This document shows positions 9,681-23,200 of a DNA stretch of 28,199 nt, in pieces. Positions within the stretch are counted from its first letter, which is position 1. The number at the start of each line of letters is the position of its first letter. Below the pieces are notes generated by a model. The model did no database searches and was not told the DNA's origin. It saw only the letters and a program-made list of their open reading frames with translations. The stretch comes from a virus (Duplodnaviria > Caudoviricetes): positions 1 to 28,199 of the IMG/VR virus record IMGVR_UViG_3300008097_000013; one strand, 5' to 3'. A program made the position numbers and the translations under genes.

Positions 9681-11249
9681 TTAGAATTGCAAAATGACTT
9701 TGATATCTTCTCTTTGATTGGCAGACCTAGTAATAGAGGGTCTGTTATCAACATAAATTATATTTCCAGAATATTTTTTAACTTCAGGATTTGAAATTCC
9801 TTGTGTAAAACTCTGGCCAAGGTAATATGTTCTATTATTTATTACGGTACTTATACCAGGACTACCTGATGTTCCAAAATTAGTATCTATACCTAATGTA
9901 CCTTCATTACTAGCAATATTTACATTTCCTCCAGTAGTAGGATTAGCTGTAAATGAATGTAGAGAATATCCATAAGTAGGATCAGTTTTTAATGATCCAT
10001 CAGTATTAAATCCAACTAGACTCTTATCTTGCCAATATTTTAAAACTCCTGTTGTTTGATCATAAGAAACAACTCTTCCTACTGCAGTAGAACCTACGCC
10101 AACAGTTTGAGTAACTTGACCATCCAAATCGAAAGTAGCAGTAGTATATCCTGCTCCTATTAATTTTAAAGCATATAAAGAACTAGCTTTAGACAATTCT
10201 AAATTATTAGTAGAATCATAAGCTTGAGGGTTTTCTATAATTCCAATTCTAGCAATTTGGTTTCCTGTTACAAAATCTGGATTTTCTACATCATTTTCAA
10301 TCTTAGAATATACTAAAACATTACTTGCACCCAATTCTCTATAAATATCTGCCCCATGACCTCCTTGAGGTGGAATAATTACATTAAAAACTGGATCTGT
10401 AGTTCCACTGGGAACTCCTCCAGTTGCTAAATCTAAAGTTCCATAAGTATATCCTGAACCTCCTTTAGAAACACTTACAGATTCAACTTTAGCATCATTA
10501 TTAATAACTATAGTTGCTTCAGCTCCAGATCCGTCACCATTTACAGGAACACCAGTATAAGTTCTATTAGCAGTTCCTATACCTGCTCCTCTATTAGTAA
10601 TAGTAATAATTTTTAATTGTCCACTAGTAGAAGCATTATCTCTTACCGAAGAATTATCTGTACTTGTTTCCCAATCATCTGGGACAGGAATAAAATTAGT
10701 AGAATCAAATTTAGCAATAACACTAGGTTTAATAGTATAAAGATATTTCCAGATATAACCATCCCCACTATCTCCAGCTGACTTTGGTTCTAAATCTGTA
10801 AAGGTAGGTTGATCTAGAGAAGGTCTTCCTGAAGTATTTTCAGGATTAGTACCATTTTGAAGACAAATATAAACCTTATAATCTTCATTCACTACGTAAT
10901 ATTTTGCAGCATATAAATTAGTTGACCCAGAAGGCTTAGCTATGTTAGTTCTACTAATATCTCCACGATACATATCATAAGTTATACCTGATGTCCAAGT
11001 ATTTTTATTAATCATTCTACGCACATCAGAAGCAGTGATCTTCTTCAATGCTACCATAGTATCCCAATAATCATCTTCTTGTTCAAAACTATCTTTAGGA
11101 GCAGGAGGATTTGCTTCCCAAGTAGATGAATAATTAGTAGCATTAGGTAAACCAACAAAAGAATAATATGAATTAACTGAAGAAGTTGCAGTTGCTACGA
11201 AGTTCTTCGCATTCAAAATTCTAAGTTGATCAGTTATAATTGCTGACAT
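9681..11249 (-). CDS. gp8: Baseplate wedge subunit gp8
   Basis: 522 aa with 'YYVVNEDYKVYICLQNG', 'DGYIWKYLYTI' and C-terminal 'SGNIIYVDNRPSITRSANQREDIKVILQF', all gp8 hallmarks. Follows gp7. Confidence 0.93.
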   Translation of the reverse strand: MSAIITDQLRILNAKNFVATATSSVNSYYSFVGLPNATNYSSTWEANPPAPKDSFEQEDDYWDTMVALKKITASDVRRMINKNTWTSGITYDMYRGDISRTNIAKPSGSTNLYAAKYYVVNEDYKVYICLQNGTNPENTSGRPSLDQPTFTDLEPKSAGDSGDGYIWKYLYTIKPSVIAKFDSTNFIPVPDDWETSTDNSSVRDNASTSGQLKIITITNRGAGIGTANRTYTGVPVNGDGSGAEATIVINNDAKVESVSVSKGGSGYTYGTLDLATGGVPSGTTDPVFNVIIPPQGGHGADIYRELGASNVLVYSKIENDVENPDFVTGNQIARIGIIENPQAYDSTNNLELSKASSLYALKLIGAGYTTATFDLDGQVTQTVGVGSTAVGRVVSYDQTTGVLKYWQDKSLVGFNTDGSLKTDPTYGYSLHSFTANPTTGGNVNIASNEGTLGIDTNFGTSGSPGISTVINNRTYYLGQSFTQGISNPEVKKYSGNIIYVDNRPSITRSANQREDIKVILQF

Positions 11250-11268
11250 TTTTACGTATTTTTTTAGT

Positions 11269-11275
11269 TATTTAG
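11269..11275 (-). promoter_or_regulatory. T4-type late promoter CTAAATA for gp8
   Basis: TATTTAG on +, about 20 nt upstream of the gp8 ATG; overlaps the gp7 TAA stop. Confidence 0.75.
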
Positions 11276-14200
11276 GTGTTATAATTTACGTATCGTAAAG
11301 GATTTACTCTTTCCAATATAGGAGAAGTAGTTATACCAACTAATCCATCACTATTACCTGCATAAGAAGTAAATACTCTTGCATTACCTCTAGGAGCAGT
11401 AGCAATTCTACCCCAACTATATTCACCAAAGAATTCACTATATCCAAGTCCAGTCAAACCATTATAATCTTGAACACTGACTGTGACTTGTGCAACATAA
11501 GTTAATCCAATTCCTATACCCATAGTCTGAGCAATAGAAACTTGAGCAACTTCATAGACATTATCTAAGAAGGATGTTCCTATACCAACTACAGTACCAT
11601 CTTGATATAGAGAAGTTACTGAAGCACCTACATTAGAATTAGAGACTGTGAAATAATATCCAGTTGATATTCCACTTACAGTAAGAGCAGTTCCTACAGT
11701 AGCACTATTTCTAAATAATGAATCATTTGGAAGAAGTAAATCAAATACGATACCTGTAGATGCTACACCAACAGATGTTGTAGATATACCAGAAATAATT
11801 CCAAAATCTCCACTATAAGTAACATCTTTAATAGTTTCTATTGAAGCAATTGACTTAGGTTCACCTATAAGAACTGATGGAGCAGCAGTGTTAGTATAAG
11901 CAAATCCAGTAGTAGTTCCTCCATAAGAAACTGTAATAGCATTTACAGTTCCAACTCCACTTATAGTAGCAGTTGCTCTAGCACCTTGAGAAGTAGTTAA
12001 TCCTATAGGAGTAGTGATAGAAACTGATGGTGCTATTGTATATCCAACACCAGGATTAGTAATATCAAATGAAGTTACAGTTCCAGCAGCAGAAACAAAG
12101 GCAGTAGCAGATGCTCCAACTATACTATCTTGAGAAATGATTCTAATATCATTTTGTCCACTATAATTTTCTTTTGAACTATCAAAGAAAGTTCTTATAT
12201 TAGAAACAAAGATAACAGTAGATCCTACACCAACAGATTGAATAATATTAGTATTAGGATAAATCAATGGTTCATAATGAGGTCTATCCTTAGTAACTGC
12301 TTCTCCATCTATAAACTTATCTTGAGTTTGTCTAGACCATGTAACAGCTCTTTGGAAGCTTTCATTAGTAGTAATACCAGGACCAGGATAAAGATTAGTG
12401 TTGACACTATCAGATGAATTAATAGTAGTTACAGATCTCTTATTTTCTTCTAAAGCAATATCCTGATCATATAATTTAAGTTCATCACCTTTCTTAACTG
12501 TTTCTAAGATATCAACATCAGTAACGTCTACTGACCCTGTTCCTTGATAGAAAAGAATCTTAGAAGTATCTCCATTTTTTGGTGCTTCTTTAAAGGTAAT
12601 ATAACTACCACCTTTAAATTCATATCCAACATCAGGAACCTGAAGAATATCATTAATGAATACTAATATAGCAACTTCAACATCTATATTTGATCCTGGC
12701 TTAGACTGAATAGTTTGCTGTACTCCATTCAAATTCAGTGCAAAGGAAGTTGTCTTTCCATCGAATAATGAATCCAATGTATCAAGAACTTGGAAGTCTC
12801 CAACTGTCCATCCAGCAAAACTATCACTTACAGTTTCATTGACTGTGAGTTGGAATTCTCTAAATTCATCAGCACCTGCAGTTGGAATACCTACAGCACC
12901 ACCAACACCTATAGTTAACTTCTGAGTTTCACCATAACCATATCCTTGATTTATAATTTCAAAATCAATTACACTTCCACCCAAACCAACAACTATATTT
13001 GCTCTTGCTTCTGATCCTACTCCAGATTGATTGGAACAATAGAAAAGAGGCATATTATCATAAGATAATGGCTCATCTATAACAACAGCAGGAGGATTAG
13101 TTGAAGTATAACCAGTACCTGGATTAGTAATAGCAATACTCACAATATTACCACCACTAATAGCAGCAGTACCAATAAACTCAATATTAGGTGCTCCTGT
13201 ACTTAATGTCTGAACCCCTACATTAACTATTGTCTGAATACCAGTTCTATACCCAGATCCACTATTTCCTATACTCACAGAACTAATAGTACCCAATCCA
13301 GAAACAACAGCAGTACCACCTGCAGATACTAATGGTTGATAACCTAAACCTTCAGTAGAACCAACAGAAACAATAACACCTCCTAAAGGTACATTAGAAC
13401 TATTGGGATCTGAAGTAACTGATGCTATAGATCCTGTAAACTGAATACTAGTAATTCCAACACTACCTTCAATAAGAGTATAATCTCCTGGAATGTGAAC
13501 TCCACCAGTATATCTTTGTGGACCTTGAGGAATTTGATTAACTAATATAAGAGCATTATTAGTTGAGAATCCTGCTATATTACTTCCATCTGATTGAAGA
13601 GTAAACTGAGTGGTTAATCCAGTAAAATTACCAGAAATATCATCAAAGATGTAATTCTTAGAATAAGGCTCATCAGCACTACCAGTAATACCAGATCTCA
13701 TAAAGGATCTACCATTAAAGGATGAATGAGTTGCTATACCAACCCAATCCCTTTCATCTGGTTCATTAGTAGTAGTAGATAATGGAGTTAATCCAACAGG
13801 AGCAGTAAAGAAGTTAACAGTACTATCAACAATATTATAGTTTCCTTCTACCTTAGTAATTAAAGTTCCATCACTATGAACACCTGATTGTGTACCCATC
13901 CAAGGTCTAGTAACAAGTAGAACATTGGTAGCACCTAATCCAACAGAGTCTACCTTCATAATCTCATCACCAATCTTCAGCATATCACCACCAGTAATAG
14001 AAGTTATTCCTGATAGTTTAATCTTATCTGTAGTAGCAGATACATCAGCGGTAATAGTAGTAGTTACAGCAGTAGAAACTATTGGAGATTGAACCACATT
14101 ATCAATACTCAATATACATCTTGAGTTTTGCTTCTTAGAAGTAAAGGAATGAGAAGTTCCAACACCTACAGCAGTAATATCCAAATAAGTAGGAGTAGTC

Positions 14201-17200
14201 TTCAATGCATTCTCAGCAGAAGTAGCAAGTCTAAGTGTAGTATCATCTACTTTAACAGCATATACTGTAGAAGGCATTTTATCTGTAGTACCATACCCAG
14301 GTATGGATTGTGAGGTAATTTCAATAGCAGAAGTAGTACCAGATCCAGTATATCTGTAAGACAACTCTTCCCCAGTAACAAAATAATGATCAGGTAAAGT
14401 AATAGTATCTTCAGTTAAATTAACTGTTGTAGCAGCACTTCCTACAAAGTCTCTCTTAAAGATTGGAAGTTGTCTATGATTAAGATCAAATGCTCTCTTA
14501 ACATCAGTCTCAGTAGCAGTATAAGCACCAAATCCAGTATCAATGGTAGCATTAGTCAAATCTATTTCAGTATTCTCATTTGCCTCATCAACTAGTCTTA
14601 GAGCAGCTTGGAATACCCTAACCTGAACATTAGCACTTGCTATAGGAGTAAATGTTAATGTAGTATAATCTCCAGAAATAGCAGCACCAAAATCACCAAG
14701 GTTGGTTACAGTTTGGTTTATAGCATATTCTGTTATATAAGAAGTAGTACCATCATCTACTACTATGACTTCTGATATCTGATAATGACTATTAGTGGTA
14801 TCTTCTACACATACAACATAATAAGCACCATTAAACGTTTCAGTTTCATACTGTGCTACTGTAGTAGCAGATGGGGAACCACTAGAAGATATAGCAGTAT
14901 ATCTAGAATCTAAATTAGCAGTGTTTAATGATGTAGTACCAACTCCAGCAGATGAAGCATTTCCAAAGTCAACATGCACAGTATTAGCCACATATGTACT
15001 TGCAGTAGATACAGTAGGATGAAGATCTAGATGAACTCTAGATCCAGCAATATAAGCACTATATGTTCCAAGACCAGGTTCACCAGATGCACTTCCAACA
15101 TTACCTGTAGTTAATTGCCCATACTCAATCATATCAACATTAGTGCCATCATGAACCAAAGTTATCTCATCATGTTCCCAATATGATGCATCACTAGCAG
15201 CATAGGATACTAATACCTTAGATCCTCTGTAAGTAGTAGCAAAGGATATAATACTATGCTGTGTAGTAATTCCTAAAGGTATAGTTGTAGTGCTACTAGT
15301 AATATTAACAATTCCACCTAATCCAGTAGAACCTACACCAGCAACACTGTCTGAAATGTTAAATGCAACATTAGAAACATCATAATTATTATATTTAAAT
15401 TTCTTAGGATAGAATAGTAATCTTCCATCATCACCAGCAATATCCATATCATAGGAACCCAAATCCCCACCAAATTCACCAAGGTCAGTGTTAGTCTCAA
15501 CTCTACCATACTGGTTTAGGAAGATATTACCACTATCATCATGAAGAGCAGATACTAAGAGTATTTGTCTTTCTTTAGTATATCTCTTATCCCTAATAAA
15601 GGTAAGATATTTTCTATATCTTACACTTGCCAATGTAAAGCTATCAACAGACATAAATGCATCTGTTCTAGCGTTATTATTAAAATCTCCACTAATATCA
15701 TCAATAGTCAATACTCTATTACCAATAGACTCTTTATAATCTAAAAGAATCTTAGAATCAAAAACTAATTCATCTGAAATTACTGAAGAATCTATTTCTA
15801 ATGTTTTTTCTCTTACTAGATCAAAGTCAAATACTGTATTTAAATCCATAATAGAAATTAAATCAGTTACAACCTCAAATTTAGTTTGATCTTGAGTTGT
15901 ATTAACTCCTACATCAGTTTCAGATCTAACAATTAAATCACTAAATTTCTTAAATCCAGAAGTATGATTTAAAGTAGATACTGGTTCATTCCACTTAGAA
16001 TACTGTACTTCAGATTTAAGAGAATATGAGAAATACTGATAATACTCACTATCAAATATTCTTTGCTGATTATCATTTAAAAATCCTGAATTAGTTTTCC
16101 ACCCTTCATTAGTTATTGAAGAAGAATCTATATTATAGATTTCTTTATATTGGGTAGCTTTAGTAATAGTAGATTTAGTTTTTGAAGACTGTCCAGTAAG
16201 GGGTTCTCCTGCCACAAAATCATTAATAGAAGAAACTTTAAGAGTTCCACTTATAGGATTCCATGATTGTAAAACTCCTACTTTATTTCCAGAAACTAAA
16301 ATTTCTCCCACTTCAAATTTATTATCTTCTATTTTAATATCGAAAATTGGGAAATATTCTTGAGGAATAAGTTTACCAGAAGAAAGAGATGATTTAAATG
16401 CTCCTGGAACTTCACCTTCTCCTAGAATATTATTCAAACTATATCTTACAGTACCTAAAGCCCCTCCAATATTAGGATCTGTTTCTAAAATTTCAAAGAG
16501 AGTATAATTATAACCCTCACTATTATAACCCTTTCCAGTGCTTCCAACTCCAACACTTACCCCTTCTATCATTACTTTCTTACCCACTTCAAATGGATAA
16601 TCAGCAGCATCACTAAAACTAGCACCAATAGTTACAGTTACATTATTGTTCCCGCTATCATAATCAATATTATTAATACTAATTCCATTTGAATTACTAA
16701 TAGGAAGTACAGTAGGAGTAGCATTATTTAAAATTTTACTATTCCTAAGAATAGTAACTTCATCATCACCTAATTCATAATCTAAATCTATATCTCTAAC
16801 TATTTTATTAGTTAATCCATCTAAAACTACTAATCCAGGAGAATCTAGATAATTTTTACCTACTGAAGAAATTCCAACGCTTTTTAAAGAGCTAAGAGCA
16901 TCTACTTCTATTAATTGTGGAATCTGAGCTTCAGGTCTTAACGTCTTATCTGCAGAATAATCAAAACCTATATTTTTAATATCTACAGCAGAAATTCTTC
17001 CAATATTACTACTCTTTGGATTTAAAACTGCTCCTTTTCCAAAAATTGAAGTAATAGTACTAATACCAGGAAGAGTTCTATATCTCTTTCCTTGAGATAA
17101 GATAGTTACTGCATTAATAGGTCCTTGAGCATTTAAAGAATTTGTAACATATGAAAACTCGCCATCTGCTGCAACATATTCAAGTTTTTGAGGTATATCT

Positions 17201-20200
17201 TCTACAGAGAATAAGAAAGTAGTAGTTCCTACTCCAACTAAAGAATGAGATCCACTTAAAGGATTAAAATCCCATGAAATGCTATTAGAATTGTAATTGT
17301 TTATGTCATCTCTAATAATCTCCTTTTTAACATCAGAATTAAGAACTTCATTAATAGGAGTCAAATTATAATATAAATCTTCACTAATTTCTTCTACATT
17401 TTTAATTGTTAAAGTAGCAGTAGCATCTATACCAATTCTTCCAGTTTTACTGATATTAAAATCATCAGTTTCTCCTGAAGTAAAGAAAAGATTATCTAGA
17501 TTTTTATCAGAATAAAGATTAAAATCAAAAGCACTATACGAAACATCATTATTAGTAAATGCCAATGAAGAATTTGAAAGATCAAATACTATTTTTTGAT
17601 CTTTTTCTAAACTAATATTAGGATTGATTGGAGAAATTGTTCCAGCAGAAGCACTTGTAATACTAACAATTGTCGGAGTTATATCAACTGCTTGATAATA
17701 ATCAACACATAATTTAATTCTATCTATATCTACAACATAAACATAATATATTCCATTATCAACTAATCCACCAGAAGAAGTATCTGCAGTGTGAATAACT
17801 TTTTGACCACTTTCATAACCATGTCTAGAAATAGTTATAGTATTATCAGAAGTATTAACATTACCAGAAGTAAATGTTCTAGGATCTATAACTAACCTTC
17901 TATTATAATCATTATATGCTACTACTATAGTAGTACTAATTCCTGGAAGAACATCTAAAGATACAACATCCTTAGCTTTTAATCCATGAGTTGCAGCAGT
18001 AGCAACTGTAGCTAAAGATCTATTAACTTTACCACTTAAAACATTTGTATAATTTGTTTTAAAACTATGGTACAATCCAGTACCAATTCCAGTAAAATAT
18101 AAAGTACTAATATTAGTAGTACTATTAATTCCAATATATGCTCCAGTAGCACCTAAACCAACTCTAGCAGTAGAAATACCAATTATATCTTTACTTAATG
18201 GTGAAGCATATACAGTGGAACCTTGAGCCAAAGTAAATGTCATAGTTCCATCAGTAGAAACTCCTAAAGCAGTTCCATCATTTGTTCTATAAGTTAAAGA
18301 ATCACCAGATTTTAAACCATGATTTTTAATATAAATTGATTTTGTAGGAATGAATATTTCACTAATACCAGTTCCTGGATTGGAGAAGAATAAAGTAGAT
18401 CCAATACCAACACCAGATACATTTCCTAATGCTACAGATTCTTTAGGATTAAAATATAATTCTTTATTAAGTCTATAATTAGATATATCTCCTCCACCAA
18501 TAGGACCAAAACTAATAGTTCTTGGTTTTGCTGATACTAGAGAATTTGCAGTATGAGAAGATCCTACTGTAGAATCATATTGCCTTAGAACTCTAACTCT
18601 AGATAATTCTGGATCTACGTTTAATACTTTAACTTGTTCAGTTCCTATTCCTAAAATATCATTTTCTCTTATAGAGAAAGGATCTAAATCTCCAACTAAA
18701 TTAAAGAAAGTAACAATACCAGTAGTAGAAATACCAGATACTTCAGTAAATAACTTAAATTTTTCGGTTTTTATTCCTACAGATTGAGGTTGATTATTAA
18801 CAAAACCATCTGTACTTAATCCTGTAATAATAGCCCATTCTGTTTCATAAAAATTATGAGGTATCGTAGTATACCCTACATATGAGCTGCTATCTGGAGT
18901 AGAAATAAATTCTACATCATTAAATGTAGTATTAGCAATACTAATTGAATTTATAGTTTTCCCTTCAATTAAACTCACTCCAGCTTTAGCTTGATATCCA
19001 CTAGAACCTTCATTATCAAAGAATATCATATCACGAACTTTATAATCAGCTCCTCCAGTAACAATTCCTACAGAATCTATTGATCCTTCTGTAGTATCTG
19101 TGATGAATGTTTTTTGTTGATTAATATCATTAGGATTGACTAAAAAATCATAAGCAGTTTTCTTAAATAAGAAATTATAAGGACGAGTGTTTCTAATTAA
19201 ATCTGTATCATTTATATCAATATCATCTTGATTTGATGCTATAAGGAAATTAAAATCTATAGGTTGATGCTTATATGAATTACCTATAAAATAAGGAAAT
19301 TGAGGTCTTCTATAATTTTTAAATGATCCTTCAGAATCTTTTACATCTGGATTAATAGTAGAAAAATATGCATAAACTCCATTAGGATATTCTGGAGTTT
19401 TACAGAATCTACCATTATGTTCATCCAAATCTTTATCTGGAGTAAAAGCATAATCCTCTACAAAGAAACCATCTGGATATATTTTCTCTCCGTTTACTGT
19501 CAAAGGATTAGGTCTATATGAAGATATAGAAACAGAATATCCAGATTGAAGAATCTTTAAAGAACCTCCAGAATTAGTGGAATATCCATATGGACCATAA
19601 ATTGGAGATCCATCATAAGCCCATCCAATAATAGGAGAATGAGTTCCAGAATCTTGTTCTATATCATTTTCTAATGATAAATCAGCTACAAATACTTCTT
19701 TATCACCTACAGATTTTTTAACATATGTAGATTGCCTCAATTTTCTTGGAGCATATAAATGAGTATATTGTAATTCATAATCTGGATTTAATCCTTTACT
19801 AATAACTCCATCATCAGTTGTAATTTGATCATTCTGAAGTAGTCTTTCAAAAGTATTAATAGTCCATGTTTTAGGGTTAGAATATAATTTACACTCTTTT
19901 CCATTAGGAGTTATTTCTATTTTTGCTGATGTTGAAGTATAACCAATTCCACTATGAACTATATTAACTGAATCTATAGATCCATTCTTCAATATAGGAG
20001 TAATAATACATCCTGTACCCTCTCCAGTAATTTTTAATTCTGGTGCTGAATTATACTCAGTACCAGCATTTAAAACTAATACTTCTGTTATTTTTCCACC
20101 TACAGATACTATAGGATATAATTGAGCATTTTTTCCACTCTTTAAAGTAAATTCTGGTTGCTTATTATAATTAATAATATTAGCAGATCCATATCCTTGA

Positions 20201-23200
20201 CCTCCATCAGCTACATATACTGACTTAATAGATCCCCGTCCTGCTGCTCTTAAAGAAGCGTTAAAATCTTGTCCAGAGAAAGTAGAAACTCCAATATGTC
20301 CAGATATTTCTATCTTAATAGGTGGATAATTAAATTCATGAATTCCAGATCCACCTGATTTTAAATCAATATATTTTTTATTTTTAAAGTAAAAATTAGC
20401 TGCTGTACTTCCTACGCCAACAGAAGATAACCTAAAAGCATCTCCACTGACTTCTGTTACATAATAATCAGTTAAAGTAGATAGTCCAATAACACTAGTT
20501 CCTTTAGAATCATATCTTATCTTTTCTCCAGTTTTATAACCATGATTTTTAATATTAATAGTATTAGTTGCTGTATTAATTCCAACAGAAGTAATGGAGG
20601 TTAATTTATTAGTATAACCTGATCCACTATTTCCAATACTTACAGAACTAATAATTCTCTTTTGAGATTGGCATTTTAATTCATGAATACCAGCTCCATA
20701 GTTAGTTAAGTCAACTGTAGAAATTCCAGCTATAGCATCCTGATAATTCTTATGTAAAGAAACTGTAGTAGCATCTTTTACACAACAAAAATAAGAAGCA
20801 TTAGTAGTTAAACCAGCTATAGCAGTTTGCCCTTCTGTATTATAAGAAACTAACTCAGCATCTCTAAATTTATGATAAGTAGAGAATCCAATAGTATTAC
20901 TAGTAATATCAACCAAACCTGCTGTCTTTATAGTATTAAATTCAACAGAATGATCTTTAAGAACTAAATTAGCGTTTGCTATACATCCTTTTCCATTTCC
21001 ACCTGTTATTTTTAAAGTTGGAGTTGTTAAATAGTCAAATCCACCATCAACAACATCAATTCTTTCTATAGTTCCTTGTACCTCACAAAAAGCAGATACT
21101 CCAATACCAGTTTGATCTGAAACTGATACTATAGGAGGATTAACTATATCATATTCACTTCCTTCACTTAAAACAGAAATTTCATCCAAAGGTCCATAAT
21201 AAACTACATCATTAGACTTATAATTAAGTATTTCAACTCCATTTACCAAAATACCAGTTTTTCCTGATTGTGTAGAATTGGAAATAGTGGATGAAGTAGG
21301 AGTTTGAATTTTTCTCAATAATTTTTGAGATCTTATACTCTTTTTAGCAAATTCTGATATTTCTAATACATTATCAGAAACTGTTCCAGAAAAAGAAACA
21401 TAGTTATCATTAGAAATATTTGCATTACTTCTAGAAAGTTTTATAGTATTAATATCAACCTTTTTTATGAAATATTCATCTTCTGTTATATCCAACTTAT
21501 TATCATCACCTTTCCCAACATAAGTTACTTTTTCTCCAGTAATTAATCCATGATTAGGTATAGTAATTTCAGTACTATCACTAAAAACTCCAGAAAATAC
21601 AAGATCTGTATCTCTAATATCTAAAGACTGATTAAAATAATTTGGAATAGATGGAGAAGCTATAATAGTTTCATTTCTCCTTTCATTCAAATAAGAATTT
21701 TGAACATTTGTAGTATAAATGTTAGCATCTGAATAATTGGATAAATTAGCTTTAGATATTAATCTTTGAATTCTATATTCTGTATTTTCTGATAATCGTC
21801 CAGCACCTTTCATTAATACTTCTTTAGAACTTATTAAAGAAATAATAGAACAATTTATAGTGTTAATAAGAGCATTATCTCCTATAATAAAATCATGATT
21901 ATCAAAAAGTGTAAGTTTATATGTAAAGTTAGATTCGTCAACTAATTCAATACTTTCTATATCATAGGTAGTGGAAATATTAGAAAATAAAGTTTTAAGA
22001 ATAGGATTATTAGTATTTGAACCCAAACCTTTAGGTTCTATAACATCACCAATTTCACTTAAATAATTTGATTCAAAATCAGTATCTAAATTAGAAAGAA
22101 CTCCTGTTACTCTAACTTTTACTACATTTGCTGTTCCAACTCCACTATATCCATATGCATGTGAATTTACTACTATATCTTGAGTTGCTGCAATATTATT
22201 ATCTACACCAGAACATCCAAAAAATTGATTTAATGATTTTGAAGTATATTTTATAGTATTAGAAGTACCATCAGCAAAACGAGCAACTAAAGTACCTGTA
22301 GTTCCAAATCCAACTGTTGAGTCTACACTTATAACACTGGATCCGATAGAAATAGGATCTACTAATTTAGTATTTGGATGAATGGAAAATTCTCCACTAA
22401 TAGAAGAAGTAGTTCTTGGAGTATAATCCAGACTCATTCTATAATATGTTTTATCAGCTCTTACAATTTTTTCTACGTTATTAATAGCACCTGTAGCTTT
22501 AGGAAATCCATCTACATTATCCTGAAATAAATTTCTATTAATAAGATCTTCTGGATCTCCATCTATAGCTTCTACTACTATTTGTTTTGAAATTTTATAA
22601 TTTGAATTAGAAGGAATAAAGAGAAAATCTCTTGGTTTAATTACATCTACATCTTCTCCATATAAAGCTTTAAATAAAATTTCAAAAGATCTATCTGTTC
22701 CTTTAGAAGAATAGAAATCTTTTGATTGTTTTAGGAATAATCTCTTATTGATATCATCATCTAACTTTCTCTCCTCAAATCCAGGAGAAACTTGTTTTTT
22801 AACCTTCTTAAAAAATTCTTCTAAAAATCTAATACTTAAATTATTAACTACAGTACCTGAAGAATGAGTAGAAATGCCAGAATTAGTAAAAACTAACTCA
22901 TCTGGTACATTAGGATCTCTATATGAAGTAATTCCACTAAATCCACGTGAGCATCCAGTAAAGGTATTAGTAGTAATACCAGTATATGTAACAATCTCAG
23001 AATCTATTTCAAGTAATCCATAAGATTCAGGAAATCCAGTAGTAGAATCTACAGTTATAGTATTATCAGCAATTCCTACCTTATTAGAAAGTTTTGTACT
23101 TTCTATAAGATCAGTTAATTCATCAACTTTAACATATTTGTCAATATTTTGAAGAATGTCTAGTGTAGCACCTTGTCCCTCCAGAGCAGTATAATATTGT

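Noticed and set aside
14128-14313. 61-aa plus-strand ORF
   Set aside because: Antisense shadow within gp7.
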